Origin: Octopus sinensis
Taxonomy: Eukaryota
Assembly: GCF_006345805.1 (NCBI RefSeq)
Contig: NC_043001.1
Span: 24,180,001 to 24,244,000 of the forward strand
Direction of reading: 5' to 3'
DNA: 64,000 nucleotides
This document shows, piece by piece, positions 25,878 to 38,252 of this stretch. Under the pieces are notes generated by a model, which saw only the letters and a list, made by a program, of their open reading frames with translations, was not told where the DNA came from and made no database searches. Positions within the stretch are counted from its first letter, which is position 1. Every line of letters starts with the position of its first letter. The translations under genes were made by a program, and so were the position numbers.

Positions 25878-26315
25878 GAAAACCAGTTGACACTTCTTCA
25901 ATTCTTTCTCCCTCCCATTTGAGATCCTGCCATGGATGGTGCACCATCTGTGACTATGCTACAAAGATGGTACAAGGTGAAAGCATCTACACAGTTACAC
26001 AACCTACTAGAAATAAACTGCTAAACCTTCCTCTAATTAAACCCTGCTGTCTTCAGTGAAGAAAGATACAATACCCTATGCATTCCCTAATGTACAGAAA
26101 ACCAGTTGACACTTCTTCAATTCTTTCTCCCTCCCATTTGAGATCCTGCCATGGATGGTGCACCATCTGTGACTATGCTACAAAGATGGTACAAGGTGAA
26201 AGCATCTACACAGTTACACAACCTACTAGAAATAAACTGCTAAACCTTCCTCTAATTAAACCCTGCTGTCTTCAGTGAAGAAAGATACAATACCCTATGC
26301 ATTCCCTAATGTACA
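25878..26315 (+). repeat. Exact 219 bp tandem duplication
   Basis: 25878-26096 matches 26097-26315, with GAAAA microhomology at the junctions. Confidence 0.95.
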
Positions 26316-26846
26316 GAAAAAATGAAATGGTCAAAGCTGAAATGTTTTTGATTATGTGTCTGCTTGACCAAGACAGGCTTTGGAACAACAACAGTGCTAA
26401 GTTTCTCATAGGATAAATAAGAATTAATTATTGCTGATATTCATTATACTCATTTAATATCTGTTTTCCTATGCTGGCATAGGTTGGACATTTTGGCAGA
26501 GTCCACTGAGTCTCAGAGTTGCTTCAAGCCCCCACTGTCAGCTTTGGCATGGTTCTACAGCTAGAACCTCTTCCTAACATCAACCACTTTACAGTGTGTA
26601 ATGGGTGGATGTTTTGTGATGCCTAGAAATAGTGAGGTCACCAAGCAACTTGCAGAACAAAGAAAAGAAAGGAAAATGAAAAAGCCTCGACTGAGTTGGA
26701 GTATATTTGAGAGAAGAGGAGAAGGAGGTGGCTTTATGCCAGGTATTGAAAGCTAAATGATCACCCCTGGTAGTCTCATATATCAATTTTAAAGCAAGTC
26801 AATGTATTCATGTCATAAAGTTTGTCATATTTCCACACACAAATCG

Positions 26847-27022
26847 TATGAGTGGGTGCTGAAAAGTTCCTGGCTTTTGGTAAAAGAAATTATAGGAGAA
26901 TCGGTTAATTATGATTTTACTCAACATATTCCCTTCTCAGATTCATGCACTTATTGCGGTGGTCCTTCAGTTTTTCTAAGCCCTGTATAAGAACTCAGAA
27001 GCTTGGGCCTTGAAGCCAAGAA
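26847..27022. mobile_element. Mariner-like element terminal fragment
   Basis: TA-TGAGTGGGTGCTGAAAAGTTCCTGGCTT resembles the mariner TIR type TACGAGGGG..GAAAAGTT. Confidence 0.6.
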
Positions 27023-27439
27023 CTGTTCAGCATACCCCCATAAACAACTTTACTGTCATTGCTTGTATTTGTATATCTGCTGTCTTATCAACAACCATCA
27101 GATAACACACAAATTCTGGTGCTGCTGATTTCAACAATACTTGGGTATCGTTTATTACGTCTTTTATACAGTCAGAAACTGTGTTCCATGATAAACCAAC
27201 CTGACATTTTCTGAAATTAAAATTCACCCAACAGCAGCTGAATACTTTTTGTTTTAGCTATGTAGTTTCACTTACATGCATTAGAGAAAGTATTTTCATT
27301 AATGTGTCTTTTGAAAATATATTGCTGTTTGTATAAAAATTCTTATGAAAGCGTTATCTAATCTAAGCACATAAACCTCTAATGCAAATATATAAATGCT
27401 AACATAACGATATAGATATAGAATATGTAGAAGGTAATT

Positions 27440-27760
27440 GTGGAGGCACAATGGCCCAGTGGTTAGGGCAGCGGACTCACCGTTGGAGGATCACGGTTTC
27501 GATTCCCAGACTGGACGTTGTGTGTGTTTATTGAGCGAAAACACCTAAAAGCTCCATGAGGCTCTGGCAGGGGGTGGCGGCGACCCCTGTTGTACTCTTT
27601 TGCCACAACTTTCTCTCACTCTCTCTGTCCTGTTTCTTGAGTAATGCTGCGATGGATTGGCATCCTGTCCAGCTGGGGGGGGGGAGACAGAAACCGGGGA
27701 AACTGGGCCCTTGAGCCTGGCTAGGCTTGAAAAGGGCGATGAAAGACGAAAGAAGAAGAT
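27440..27760 (+). mobile_element. tRNA-derived SINE family E
   Basis: Head GTGGAGGCACAATGGCCCAGTGGTTAGGGCAGCGGACTC..GTTTCGATTCCC; flanking GGTAATT direct repeat. Confidence 0.85.
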
Positions 27761-27910
27761 GGTAATTTTAAGAATTACATTTTCAACATGGATATATATT
27801 ATAAAGGGTTGCAGTTGTGAATACAGGAGGCATTAGATAAGGTGTCATCGATACTGCTTTCAAAAGTATTCATCATTTGTTTCTTCCACATATACTAATT
27901 TTAATTGATA

Positions 27911-28021
27911 AGACTGGAGCCTGGTGCAGCCTTCTGGCTTCCCAGATCCCCGGTCGAACCGTCCAACCCATGCTAGCGTGGAGAACGGACGTTAAACGAT
28001 GATGATGATGATGATGATGAT
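27911..28021 (+). mobile_element. SINE-like family C 3' fragment
   Basis: CCAACCCATGCTAGCGTGGAGAACGGACGTTAAAC(GAT)n. Confidence 0.85.
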
Positions 28022-28423
28022 TTAATGAACTGGTATTTAACCCTAGATGAAACCTGATTGATCGGAATTGTGTTCAAAGACCCTTCATTCTGTCTTTTCA
28101 AAATTATCTAAGATTATGTTATTGAATGTTTTTTTCTTCATTGAAAACAATTGGCTGCTATTTCTAGAAGATTGAGCAACTATCTAGAGGCTCTATCTCC
28201 TGACACTTGATATATGTATTACTACAGAAAATAACATATGACTGGATGTCTTTTCTATAATATCTTTTCTATCATAAAATATTTTAAAATTCATTGAAGA
28301 GCATGCCACTGACAATATGAATCAAGACTACATGCATCAAAATTCACAAAAACCAATGACTTTTTCTGTCTGTTTATCTTTCTTTCCTTCTCTTTATCTC
28401 TCTCTTTCTGTTTCTATGTCCCC

Positions 28424-28501
<78 letters not shown>

Positions 28502-28521
28502 ATGTATCTGTATATATACAC

Positions 28522-28690
28522 AGATGAAGACAGATGGTGTACAAAACAAACAGATGTATTAGTATAATGTTCAGGAATAGAAAGTCTTTTACGTTTCAAG
28601 CCTATGCTCTTCTACAGAAAGGGACACAGAAAAAAAACAAGAAGAGAAAAAAAGAGTGTGTAGTGGATAACGATCTATCATGGCAACTCA
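28522..28690 (-). mobile_element. Repeat family G (hammerhead-bearing)
   Basis: Homologous to 29986-30112(+) and 55415-55582(-); all three abut microsatellites. Confidence 0.8.
28586..28621 (-). ncRNA. Putative minimal type I hammerhead, U6 variant core
   Basis: CTTT-CTGTAGA-A-GAGC-ATAG-GCTT-GAAA-CGTA-AAAG. Confidence 0.6.
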
Positions 28691-28818
28691 TATATATACA
28701 GTAAACATATATATATGTGTGTGTGTGCATATATATTAGATTCAGTTGAATATGGTACTTAAGTTAAAGGCACCAGAATTTTGTATGGTATTATCCATAT
28801 AATTCAAAATGGGGTGGT

Positions 28819-28890
28819 TATAATCAAAATAAGCAACAAGGATATCCAGAGGTAATGCATTACCTCTGGATATCCTTGTTGCTTATTTTG

Positions 28891-28896
<6 letters not shown>
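28819..28896. repeat. Perfect 78 bp spacerless palindrome
   Basis: TATAATCAAAATAAGCAACAAGGATATCCAGAGGTAATG|CATTACCTCTGG...TTTTGATTATA. Confidence 0.95.
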
Positions 28897-28924
<28 letters not shown>

Positions 28925-28927
28925 TTC

Positions 28928-29113
28928 CTGGTGAAGGCTGGTTTCTAGGGTTATCCTGGGTTTCTCACCATAAAGGGTATCTTTATGGTGTATCTTCAAG
29001 CCCTAAGACCTGTTGGCTTATGGCCTCTTTAAAATATTTTAAAGTGGCCATAGGCTAACAGGTATCCTTTATTGCAAGAAACCCAGGGTAACCTGAGAAA
29101 CCAGCTTTCACCA
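28928..29113. repeat. ~185 bp imperfect palindromic (MITE-like) element
   Basis: TGGTGAAGGCTGGTTTCT... / ...AGAAACCAGCTTTCACCA, with inner hairpin ACCTGTTGGCTTATGGCC-TCTTTAAAATATTTTAAAGT-GGCCATAGGCTAACAGGT. Confidence 0.8.
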
Positions 29114-29396
29114 CTAATTAATATAGACTGCTCTATATCTTGGAGTGTGCTTCTTCTCTGAATTTATGTTTTTCTAAAAAAACTATATATATATGTCACT
29201 ATTAAACAGACTATCAGATGTTGTTATACACCACTGGTCACAATGTGCTTCCTTACATTGCTGTAGCTTTGTATATATCTGCATGTGTGTGTGTGTGAAA
29301 CTGAATATTACCACTCTGGTTGGTAACTGATGAAGAATTAGAGACCCACTGTATCTGTCTCCCATTTGGTTATCTACTTATATATGTGTATATATA

Positions 29397-29431
<35 letters not shown>

Positions 29432-29685
29432 GTGTATGTATGTATGTATGTATGTATGTATGTATGTATGTTCTGCTCTATCTTAGACTGTGCTTCTTTA
29501 GAATTGTTTTTTACAAGCAGTATATATATGTATATATATATAGTAGGTACTGTAAGTTTTGAGTGAATACTTGATAAGTGTAAGCACCTGTATATGCCAG
29601 GTAGTGGTAGAGGTGAGAGAATATATCAAACTTAAATTATAAACAGCCGCGATATCCTTTGTGTTGTGTTTTTAATTTAAGTTTG

Positions 29686-29774
<89 letters not shown>

Positions 29775-29987
29775 ATATATATGGAAACTTCACATTTATC
29801 AAGCACTCTAACATTTTTAAGTGAAACACTTAATAATTTCAAAGTCGTCACATGAAGCTATTAGTAGCACCGTCAAATTACACACACGTGTGTGTGTGTG
29901 CATGGCCGTTTGCATGTATATATACATGAATATTTGGAAGGAGAGACAGATATACACATATATATGGGGAAAGAGATAGACTGATGT

Positions 29988-30020
29988 CTGTGGAAGAGCG
30001 TATGCTTGAAACGTTAAAGA
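29988..30020 (+). ncRNA. Putative minimal hammerhead, U6 variant (helix I 5' strand lost)
   Basis: CTGTGGA-A-GAGC-GTAT-GCTT-GAAA-CGTT-AAAGA. Confidence 0.5.
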
Positions 30021-30109
30021 CTTTTTCACTTCCCTAGTGTTAAACTAATACATCTGTTTATTGTCTACACTACCTGTCTTCATCTTTTGTTTTTTTTGTG
30101 AATTCTCCC

Positions 30110-30145
<36 letters not shown>

Positions 30146-30421
30146 TGTATGTATGTATGTATGTGTGTATGCTTATATATATGTATCTATAAATACATAT
30201 ATATATATACATATATAAATACATATATATATATATATATACATACATATATACATATATATATATAGAATAAACCTTTACATATATAAATATAAATAAC
30301 GTGAAATACATGAAGGCACGAACATAAAAAACAGACGGGTCATTCAAAGCCTTCATTCTTCAGTCAGAAACCGATTCATCATTGCAAATTTCGGCATATA
30401 TATATGTGTATGTTTGTATGT

Positions 30422-30608
30422 GAAGGCGCATGGCTAAGTGGTTAGGGTGTTGCACTCATGATTGCGAGATGAATGGTTCGATTCCCAGACCAGGCGTTGC
30501 ATTGTGTTCTTGAGCAAAGTACTTGATTTCACATTGCTCTGCGATCATTTTGACATCTGACATGTGGCACCCAGTTGCACTTGTACAGCTAATGTCAATT
30601 TGATGGAG
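30422..30608 (+). mobile_element. SINE with family D-type head
   Basis: GGCGCATGGCTAAGTGGTTAGGG..GGTTCGATTCCC..GTGTTCTTGAGCAAAGTACTTGATTTCAC. Confidence 0.75.
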
Positions 30609-30630
30609 GGAGTGAGCTTATATATATGTG

Positions 30631-30688
<58 letters not shown>

Positions 30689-30805
30689 GCATACATACAC
30701 ATATATATATGCATACATACATACATATATATATATGCATACATACATATATATATATACACACACACACATATATATTGTATGTATGCATATATATATA
30801 TATGT

Positions 30806-30955
30806 CGGAGTGGTTGGCGTTAGGAAGGGCATCCAGCTGTAGAAACTCTGCCAAATCAAGATTGGAGCCTGGTGCAGCCATCTGGTTCACCAGCCCTCAG
30901 TCAAAAACGTCCAACCCATGCTAGCATGGAAAGTGGACGTTAAACGATGATGATG
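30806..30955 (+). mobile_element. SINE-like family C 3' part next to (TA)n
   Basis: Family C consensus with (GAT)n tail. Confidence 0.88.
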
Positions 30956-31017
30956 CTGTGTAAATTATATATAAATGTATGTATCGATATATATATATAT
31001 ATAATATATATATATAT

Positions 31018-31048
<31 letters not shown>

Positions 31049-31536
31049 TACATATAGATATACATATAGATAAAGACACACACAAACACTCACACACACA
31101 CATATATATATATATACACAAACATAGACACACATGGCACATGCATACACATGATATATATATATATCTAACAGATGAACAATGGTATGTATATTTTCTA
31201 TCCAATTGGAACTAGAATAAAATCATATCTGCTGCTGACAGAAACTTCTGTGTACTAGATGTGAATATTCCATACTTGCATATTATATTTATTATATATA
31301 CAAGGGTGGGTGGGGAGGCTACGTGTGTGTGTAAATGTGTTCATTCACTGCCTTCTTAATGCTTATTGTTGACGCTAATATGGATCTTTCCAGTTTTCTC
31401 ACTGAATCCTACAGTGCACCTAATCTCCCTCAACCGCCTCACCTCTTTCATATTCTCTCTTATTTTCCCCATTTTCTCTTCCCTCTTTGTTTCTTTATCA
31501 TTGATTCTCCTCCTTTATTGCTCTTATTTATGTTTC

Positions 31537-31572
31537 TTCTCTGATGAAGGACTAGCATTTGAAATGTCAAGA
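31537..31572 (+). ncRNA. Decayed minimal hammerhead candidate
   Basis: TTCT-CTGATGA-AGGACTAGCATTT-GAAA-TGTC-AAGA; canonical core, weak helices. Confidence 0.4.
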
Positions 31573-31696
31573 CACTTTCTTTTCATTTTAAAAATTAAAC
31601 TCGTACAACTTTTGTTAAATTTGCCTATCTCATGCTGTTATCTTCCTAATATACATATATACATATACACATATAAATGTGTGTGTATAGATATAA

Positions 31697-31733
<37 letters not shown>

Positions 31734-31980
31734 ATATATATATATATATATATATTATCTACATATATATTATATATATATATATAATCTATATATTATA
31801 TTATATATATAAGACTATTTTCCTTTGTCATTTGCACAGTGATAGCTATAAGCTTTAAGCTCATAAATAATGCCATTATTATAGTTTACAGATTTGTAAA
31901 ACTCGATACTGCTTAACTGAACCATTTGCACTGATATATATATATGTGTGTGTTTGTATATACTTATATATTATATATTT

Positions 31981-32065
<85 letters not shown>

Positions 32066-32206
32066 ATATTACTTCCAAGTACACAGGCATAAGACATTCA
32101 AATAAGATATACTAAAATGAACATAATCCAAATTTTTTATTTCGTATATATAAAAGTATATATAAATATATACACACACACACACACACATACACATATA
32201 TCTATA

Positions 32207-32813
32207 TCATCATCATCATCATTTAACGTCCATTTTCCATGCTAGCATGGGTTGGGCAGTTTTGACTGAGGGCTGGTGAACCAGATGGCTGCACCAGGCT
32301 CCAGTCTTGATCTGGCAGAGTTTCTACAGCTGGATGCCCTTCCTAACGCCAACCACTCCGAGAGTGTTGTGGGTGCTTTTTACGTGACACCTGCATGGGG
32401 GCCAGTCAGGCGGTACTGACAATGACCTCGCTCGAATCTTTTTTACACGTATCACCGACACAGGTGCCAGTGAAGCAACGTTGGTAATGATCACACTCAA
32501 ATGGTGCCCTTTTACATGCCATGGGTACGGAAGCCAGTTAGCTGATCTGGCAATGATCACAATGATCATGCTCGGATGGTGTTCATGGCACCCTACTAGC
32601 ACAGGCATAGTGCCAGTAAGGCGACGCTGGCTCTGTCAACGATCACACTCGTATGGTGCTCTTTGCACCCTGCTAGCACGGATGCCAGTCATCGAAGTGA
32701 TTTTGATTTGATTTCACTTGCCTCAACAGGTCTTCGCAAGCAAAGTTTAGTGACCAAAGAAGGAAAAGTTATGCATAAGCGGGCTGGTTATGCTCCTGGC
32801 ATAGGCCACGGGT
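32207..32813 (-). mobile_element. Long family C element with internal ~60-70 bp subrepeats
   Basis: (CAT)n tail at 32207; repeated GGTGCTTTTTACGTG..GCCAGT..GGCAATGA units; flanked by (TA)n. Confidence 0.85.
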
Positions 32814-33281
32814 TATATTATATATTATATAATATATATATATATATTATATATATATATATATAAGATGTACATATATCTTATGTCTTGGGAGGGTCAT
32901 TACACCAATAATAATAACACATGCACTGGTTTAATAGCACTTCTTTATTGTTAGTATGATGATGATGATATGTATATATGTATGTGCATGTGTAAACACA
33001 CACACAGACATACACACATGCACGTGCGCACACACACACACACACACACATAAAATGAAATGTGATTGTATGATCTAAGGATCTAGGTGTAGAATGTTAG
33101 TAAGCTTCGAGGTGTCTGTAGTAGATATATAAACAACTTCCAGGAACAGCAATGGTTTATTGGCATAGAATGCTTTAGACTTTTCCGATATAAGTTTTTT
33201 ATATAATTCATGGTAAGCAACTAGGGTTGCTATGAATGGGAATAAAAATCCAAATTGAGGGACTGGAGCAGGTAAAATCCA

Positions 33282-33346
33282 GGCTACATATGTTTCCTAG
33301 CTAGCAGAACCTCAGAAGTAATAATTACAAGTGGCTCATCAGGCTG
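33282..33346 (-). ncRNA. Putative type I hammerhead ribozyme
   Basis: CAGC-CTGATGA-GCCAC...GCTAG-GAAA-CATATG-TA-GCC: intact core, palindromic CATATG, GTA triplet. Confidence 0.55.
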
Positions 33347-33436
33347 AAGATAGCTTAGTTGAGAGAAGGTAACATTATCATCAAGGGACCTCAATTTAAC
33401 TCAATGGAGATGTAATTTAAAATGTAATTTTAAAAT

Positions 33437-33472
<36 letters not shown>

Positions 33473-33534
33473 ACACACACACACAGACATACACATATAT
33501 ACAGACATATATATGTGTGTGTATATTTAATATT

Positions 33535-34015
33535 TAGAGAATATAATAATTGCAAGCCAACGGGGAAAAAATTCAATTTAGCATACTAAATCAAAAATTC
33601 ACAATAGATTATATATATAGAAAGAATTTAGAGACAAACCACTGTTTTGTTATTCAATCAATACTGAACGATATTATCTATAATAACGTCATAGAAAGTA
33701 GTTAAATATATTATAATTATTATTCTAAAAATCACAAAACAAATCAAACATTATATCGGCAATATTTTTGTATTCATTTTATTTTGTGGGAGTCAGTGGG
33801 ATATGTTTTTGTAAGTTTGTGCGTTTGCAAATTGTTGCATAAAGTTATATACAGAGCCCATAAGTTCAGCCAGTGCATTGATATATTGGTACATCAGTCT
33901 GGAACCTGGAGAATAATAATTATAATATATTTAATTACTTTCTTTGTGGATATTATAGATAATATTGTTCAGTATTGATTAAATAACTAAATAGCGGTTT
34001 GTCTCTAAATTATAT
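33535..34015. mobile_element. Repeat family F copy with ~100 bp inverted arms around a ~185 bp insert
   Basis: 33625-33725 mirrored at 33911-34011; insert homologous to 36765-36905 on the minus strand. Confidence 0.75.
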
Positions 34016-34017
34016 AT

Positions 34018-34046
<29 letters not shown>

Positions 34047-34049
<3 letters not shown>

Positions 34050-34245
34050 CTCTTATATAAAATCGTTCTGTCTGTCTGTCTGTGTGTGGCTTCTAGGATC
34101 TCAGGCATCCTCCATCCGATTGTGCTCAAATTTGATTTGTAGATACTGACGGTATAAGGGCGTGTTAAGTCTTGAAAAAAAATTACAAAAATCAACTCCA
34201 GGTGAGAATGCAATCGATAAAGCCGAGGGAAATCATTTTCCTTTG
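34047..34245 (+). mobile_element. Non-autonomous Helitron-like 5' fragment
   Basis: A|TCTCTTATATAAAA..(CTGT)n..CCGATTGTGCTCAAATTTG; similar start at about 49035-49160. Confidence 0.5.
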
Positions 34246-34652
34246 GAATAGAAAAAAAGTCTATCTTTATTTCTTCTTTTGCTGGTGTCTCAAATTTAGG
34301 TTAAATCAGTGTTTCTCAAAGGGGAGGCCTATGAGACTGTCAGACAAGTTGTTTTGAGAAAATTTGGTTTAAATGTTTGACAACTCAGCACCATCCATTG
34401 GAGGGGGGGGGGGGCGTTTTGCTTGTATATATATATATATATATACACACACACATACCAGTGTTCTATAGTGGTAGGTGTATTGGGTGTGCTGTCACAC
34501 CCAATGCCACCAAATTTCAAGCAGGGGTATAACAAAAGTTTTCCATTAAGATTTGTGATTAAATTAATGAGTAAGGTTAATATTTATAATGAATTTGACA
34601 TTTTTGATAGGTGTGCAGTGCATACCTAGCATACCCAGAATATACACCCCTG

Positions 34653-34699
<47 letters not shown>

Positions 34700-35231
34700 G
34701 TTTGTTTTTGTGTTGTAATAAAAGAAATTTTACATTAAACTGAAAGATTTTGCAATACTTTTGGTTGAGTCAAATTTATTATTCTTCACTAATTTTGACA
34801 GTGACTTTGAATCTGCAGCAAGCGATTCCATCATTGGACTGATATATGTATATAAAATGTCAATACACAAACACTCTCTAAAATACATGCCTGTGCATGC
34901 ATTCGTACATTAAAGATATTTAAAAAAAATATTTTTTAACACAATTTTATGAGGCTAGTTCTCAGAGTGGCCTTGCTTATGTGAAGTTTAAGACATTTGG
35001 TATATTCTCACAAGAGCCAGGAATGAAATGAAAAAGGCGTTTGAAACACATGTCACTCACGTAAAGTTTTGAAGAAATATAAAGATATGCAATTTCTTCG
35101 TAATTTTTGTATAATATTCTAAAATATAGTCAGACAAACATATAGTTCAAGAGGGAAACAAGATTATATAACTAACTGAATAATCAGAAACATGAAAGTG
35201 GAAGTGCTGGAATTATGAGCCTTTCAATTAT

Positions 35232-35958
35232 TCATCATCATCATCATCATCATCATCATTACCATTATCATCACCACCACCATTTAATATCCTTTGTACA
35301 TGTTGGCATGGGTTGGACAGTTTGACCAGGGCTAGTAAGTTGAGGGCCTGCATCAGACTCCAATCTGATTTGGCATGGTTTTTACAGCTGGATGATCTTC
35401 CTAACACCAACCCTTCTAAGAGTGTAATGGGCATTTTTATGTGCCACCAGCACGGGTACCAGTTGCATAACACCAGTACCTGCCATGGTTTTGATTTCAC
35501 TTGGTTTGATAGGTCTTCTACTCAAGCACAACATATTGCCAATGGTCTTGGTCATTTGTCTTTACCTCTGTGAGGTCCAATGCTTGAAAGGTGCTTCTTA
35601 TATCCCACTGGTACATGTGCTATTTACACAACACTGACATCAGCTGCATTGCCTCTGTGAGGCCCAATGTTTGAAAGGTGCTTTTTACATGCCCATCATC
35701 ATCATCGTTTAACGTCCGCTTTCCATGCTAGCATGGGTTGGACGATTTTGAATGAGGGCTAGCGAACCAGATGGCTGCACCAGGCCCCAATCTTGATCTG
35801 GCAGAGTTTCTACAGCTGGATGCCCTTCCTAACAGCAACCACTCCGAGAGTCTAGTGGGTGCTTTTTATGTGCCACCGGCACGGGGGCCAGTTAGGTGGT
35901 ACTGGCAATGACCTCGCTCAAATCTTTTTACACATGTCACCGGTACAGGTGCCAGTAA
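35232..35958 (-). mobile_element. Two tandem family C elements (old 35232-35692; younger 35694-35958)
   Basis: Two (CAT)n tails and two GGATG(C/A)YCTTCCTAAC cores. Confidence 0.8.
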
Positions 35959-36273
35959 AGAATACATATATATATGTGTGTGCATGTGTCTTTGTGTTGT
36001 TTGTTTCCAATCCTCTGTGAAAACATATGTTTGGCCAATGTAATTTTTGTTGGGACACATGTGAGAGTTGGTGACAGGAAGGGCATCCTGCCATACAAAT
36101 TCTGCTTTAACAAATTCCATCTAATCCATACAAGCATGGAAAAATCAGCACTAGCATTTTGGTAACACATATATATAACATACATATGTGTATATGTATG
36201 TATGTATGTATATATGTATGAATGTATGTATGTATGTATGTATGTATGTATGTATGTATGTATGTATGTATGC

Positions 36274-36333
<60 letters not shown>

Positions 36334-36420
36334 AGAAGGTTGAAAATGAGCACACGAGTTGATATATATGGAAAAAAAGTCAAGGCAGAAAATGTTAAAA
36401 TAATTTTATAAAATACATTT

Positions 36421-36582
36421 CAGTACTGGTTTCAGTCATTGAGACTACTTCAACTGTAAGTATGGAAAACAATTAAATTTTGGAAAAATTAAAAGAAAAG
36501 TTTTAAAAACTTTTCTTTTAATTTTTCAAAAATTTAATTGTTTTCTACAGTTGAAAAAGTCTCAATGATTGAAACCAGTACT
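36421..36582. repeat. ~160 bp fold-back palindrome with hammerhead-like motifs at both ends
   Basis: AGTACTGGTTTCAGTCATTGAGACT... mirrored as ...AGTCTCAATGATTGAAACCAGTACT; centre near 36504. Confidence 0.88.
36547..36582 (+). ncRNA. Putative minimal hammerhead, U3/A8 variant core
   Basis: ACAG-TTGAAAA-AGTC-TCAAT-GATT-GAAA-CCAGTA-CT; mirror copy 36421-36457(-) has helix II AGTC/GACT and helix I CAG/CTG. Confidence 0.55.
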
Positions 36583-37317
36583 TTTTTCCATATATATATA
36601 CATATAACCAGAGCCTCAGAGAAATATGGGACAAGAATGCTTTTGGGCCCCAGAGAGGGAATACTTAGGGGATCTTCACAAAATTCTAGGGAGCTGTGAG
36701 TTGATATTTTTGGGGTGGGGAAGTAGTGGGCTAGCAGACAGTCATGGGTCCCCTATCTTGACTCTCCAGGTCCCAGGCTGATGTACCAATATATCAATGC
36801 ACTGGCTGAACTTATTGGCTCTGTATATAACTTTATGCAACAATTTGCAAATGCACAGACTTACAGAAACCCATCCCATTGTCTCCCTCAAAGTAGAATG
36901 AACGCAAATCATTATGTATGCATGTGCAAATGCATATGAATATGCATGAGTATGTGTATGTATGTGTGTGTGTGTGTGTGCATGCACATATGCACTTGCT
37001 TATGCTGTGTGTTGAAATGTATGTATATATATATTTAATTGATACAGATGTATGTTTATTTACAAAAATACTTCATTATATATTAATACATATATGTGTG
37101 TGTGTGTCAATATATATATATATGTCAATAATGCTATACATGCATACAAACATATCAACCAATGTACGAACATGACTACCTAAATATGCTTAAAAGATAA
37201 TGCACCATCAGAATATTATATTAATATTTACCTTTAGGCTAATATACTAATGTTCTGTTCTGGCAATTTTCCATGGAACCCATATTATCCTATTCAGCAG
37301 GCTAAGCCTGTATGTTG

Positions 37318-37350
<33 letters not shown>

Positions 37351-37402
37351 ATGTATGTGCATGTGTGAGTTTGTATACATACATACATATGTATATACAT
37401 AC

Positions 37403-37433
<31 letters not shown>

Positions 37434-38097
37434 CATACACACGTGTATATATGCATGGAGGGATAAGATCAAAACAAGAAGTATCTAATATTTATAACAC
37501 TAGAGATAAATTTAGACTTACAGAGACCATAACAACTTGATAGATGTGCGGGAGGCATAATGCTGCCTTTGCTTATTCAAAGGTAGATATTATTTACCAG
37601 AGAAGAAAAGATATATTTGCATGATAGGTTTCTAAGAAATTGGTAATTTAATAAATCTATTTACCTTGCCTTAACATTGTTCCCCCATTATATTTAAAAA
37701 TCACTAATTTTGGTAATAATGGGTCATCAAAATTTCACGTCATCATCATAATCGTCATTGTCACCACCACCATCATCATTATCTAATGCCTTTTCTACTT
37801 GCTTGCATGAGTTAGAGGGTTTGACAGGAGCTTGGTGACCCAGAGAATTGCATCAAGCACCAATGTCTGCTTTGGTGTGATTTCTACAGCTGGATGCCCT
37901 TCCTAATGCCAACCACTTCACAGAGTGTACTGGATGCTTTTTTACATGGCACTGGCATTAGTGTGGTCACCAAGAAACTCACAAGACAAGACCCTCTGCA
38001 ACTGAGTTGAGAACAGTATTCACTGAGGTAGCTTCACATGAGGTGATGAAAGTTAAATGCATGACAGAGGGTCAATAACAAGTGTTTACTGCACAGC

Positions 38098-38252
38098 AGG
38101 AACTCCAACCACATTTCGTGGTTCACTACCTCAACAGCTCCAGTGGCTAAAGACATCATCAGGAGGAACCACGTCCGGTTTTGGCTCCTACTACTCTACC
38201 ATTTACGACGTGGCAGAGCCCTCTCTTTCGGGGGTGTTTTCAGCCCTGATGA
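38098..38252 (-). mobile_element. Repeat family J (homologous to 60030-60195), contains CTGATGA..GAAA
   Basis: Diverged reverse-complement match between the two loci. Confidence 0.75.

Noticed and set aside
27440-27515. tRNA gene
   Set aside because: tRNA-like A/B boxes continue into a SINE body and tail with flanking direct repeats; the same applies to the other SINE heads
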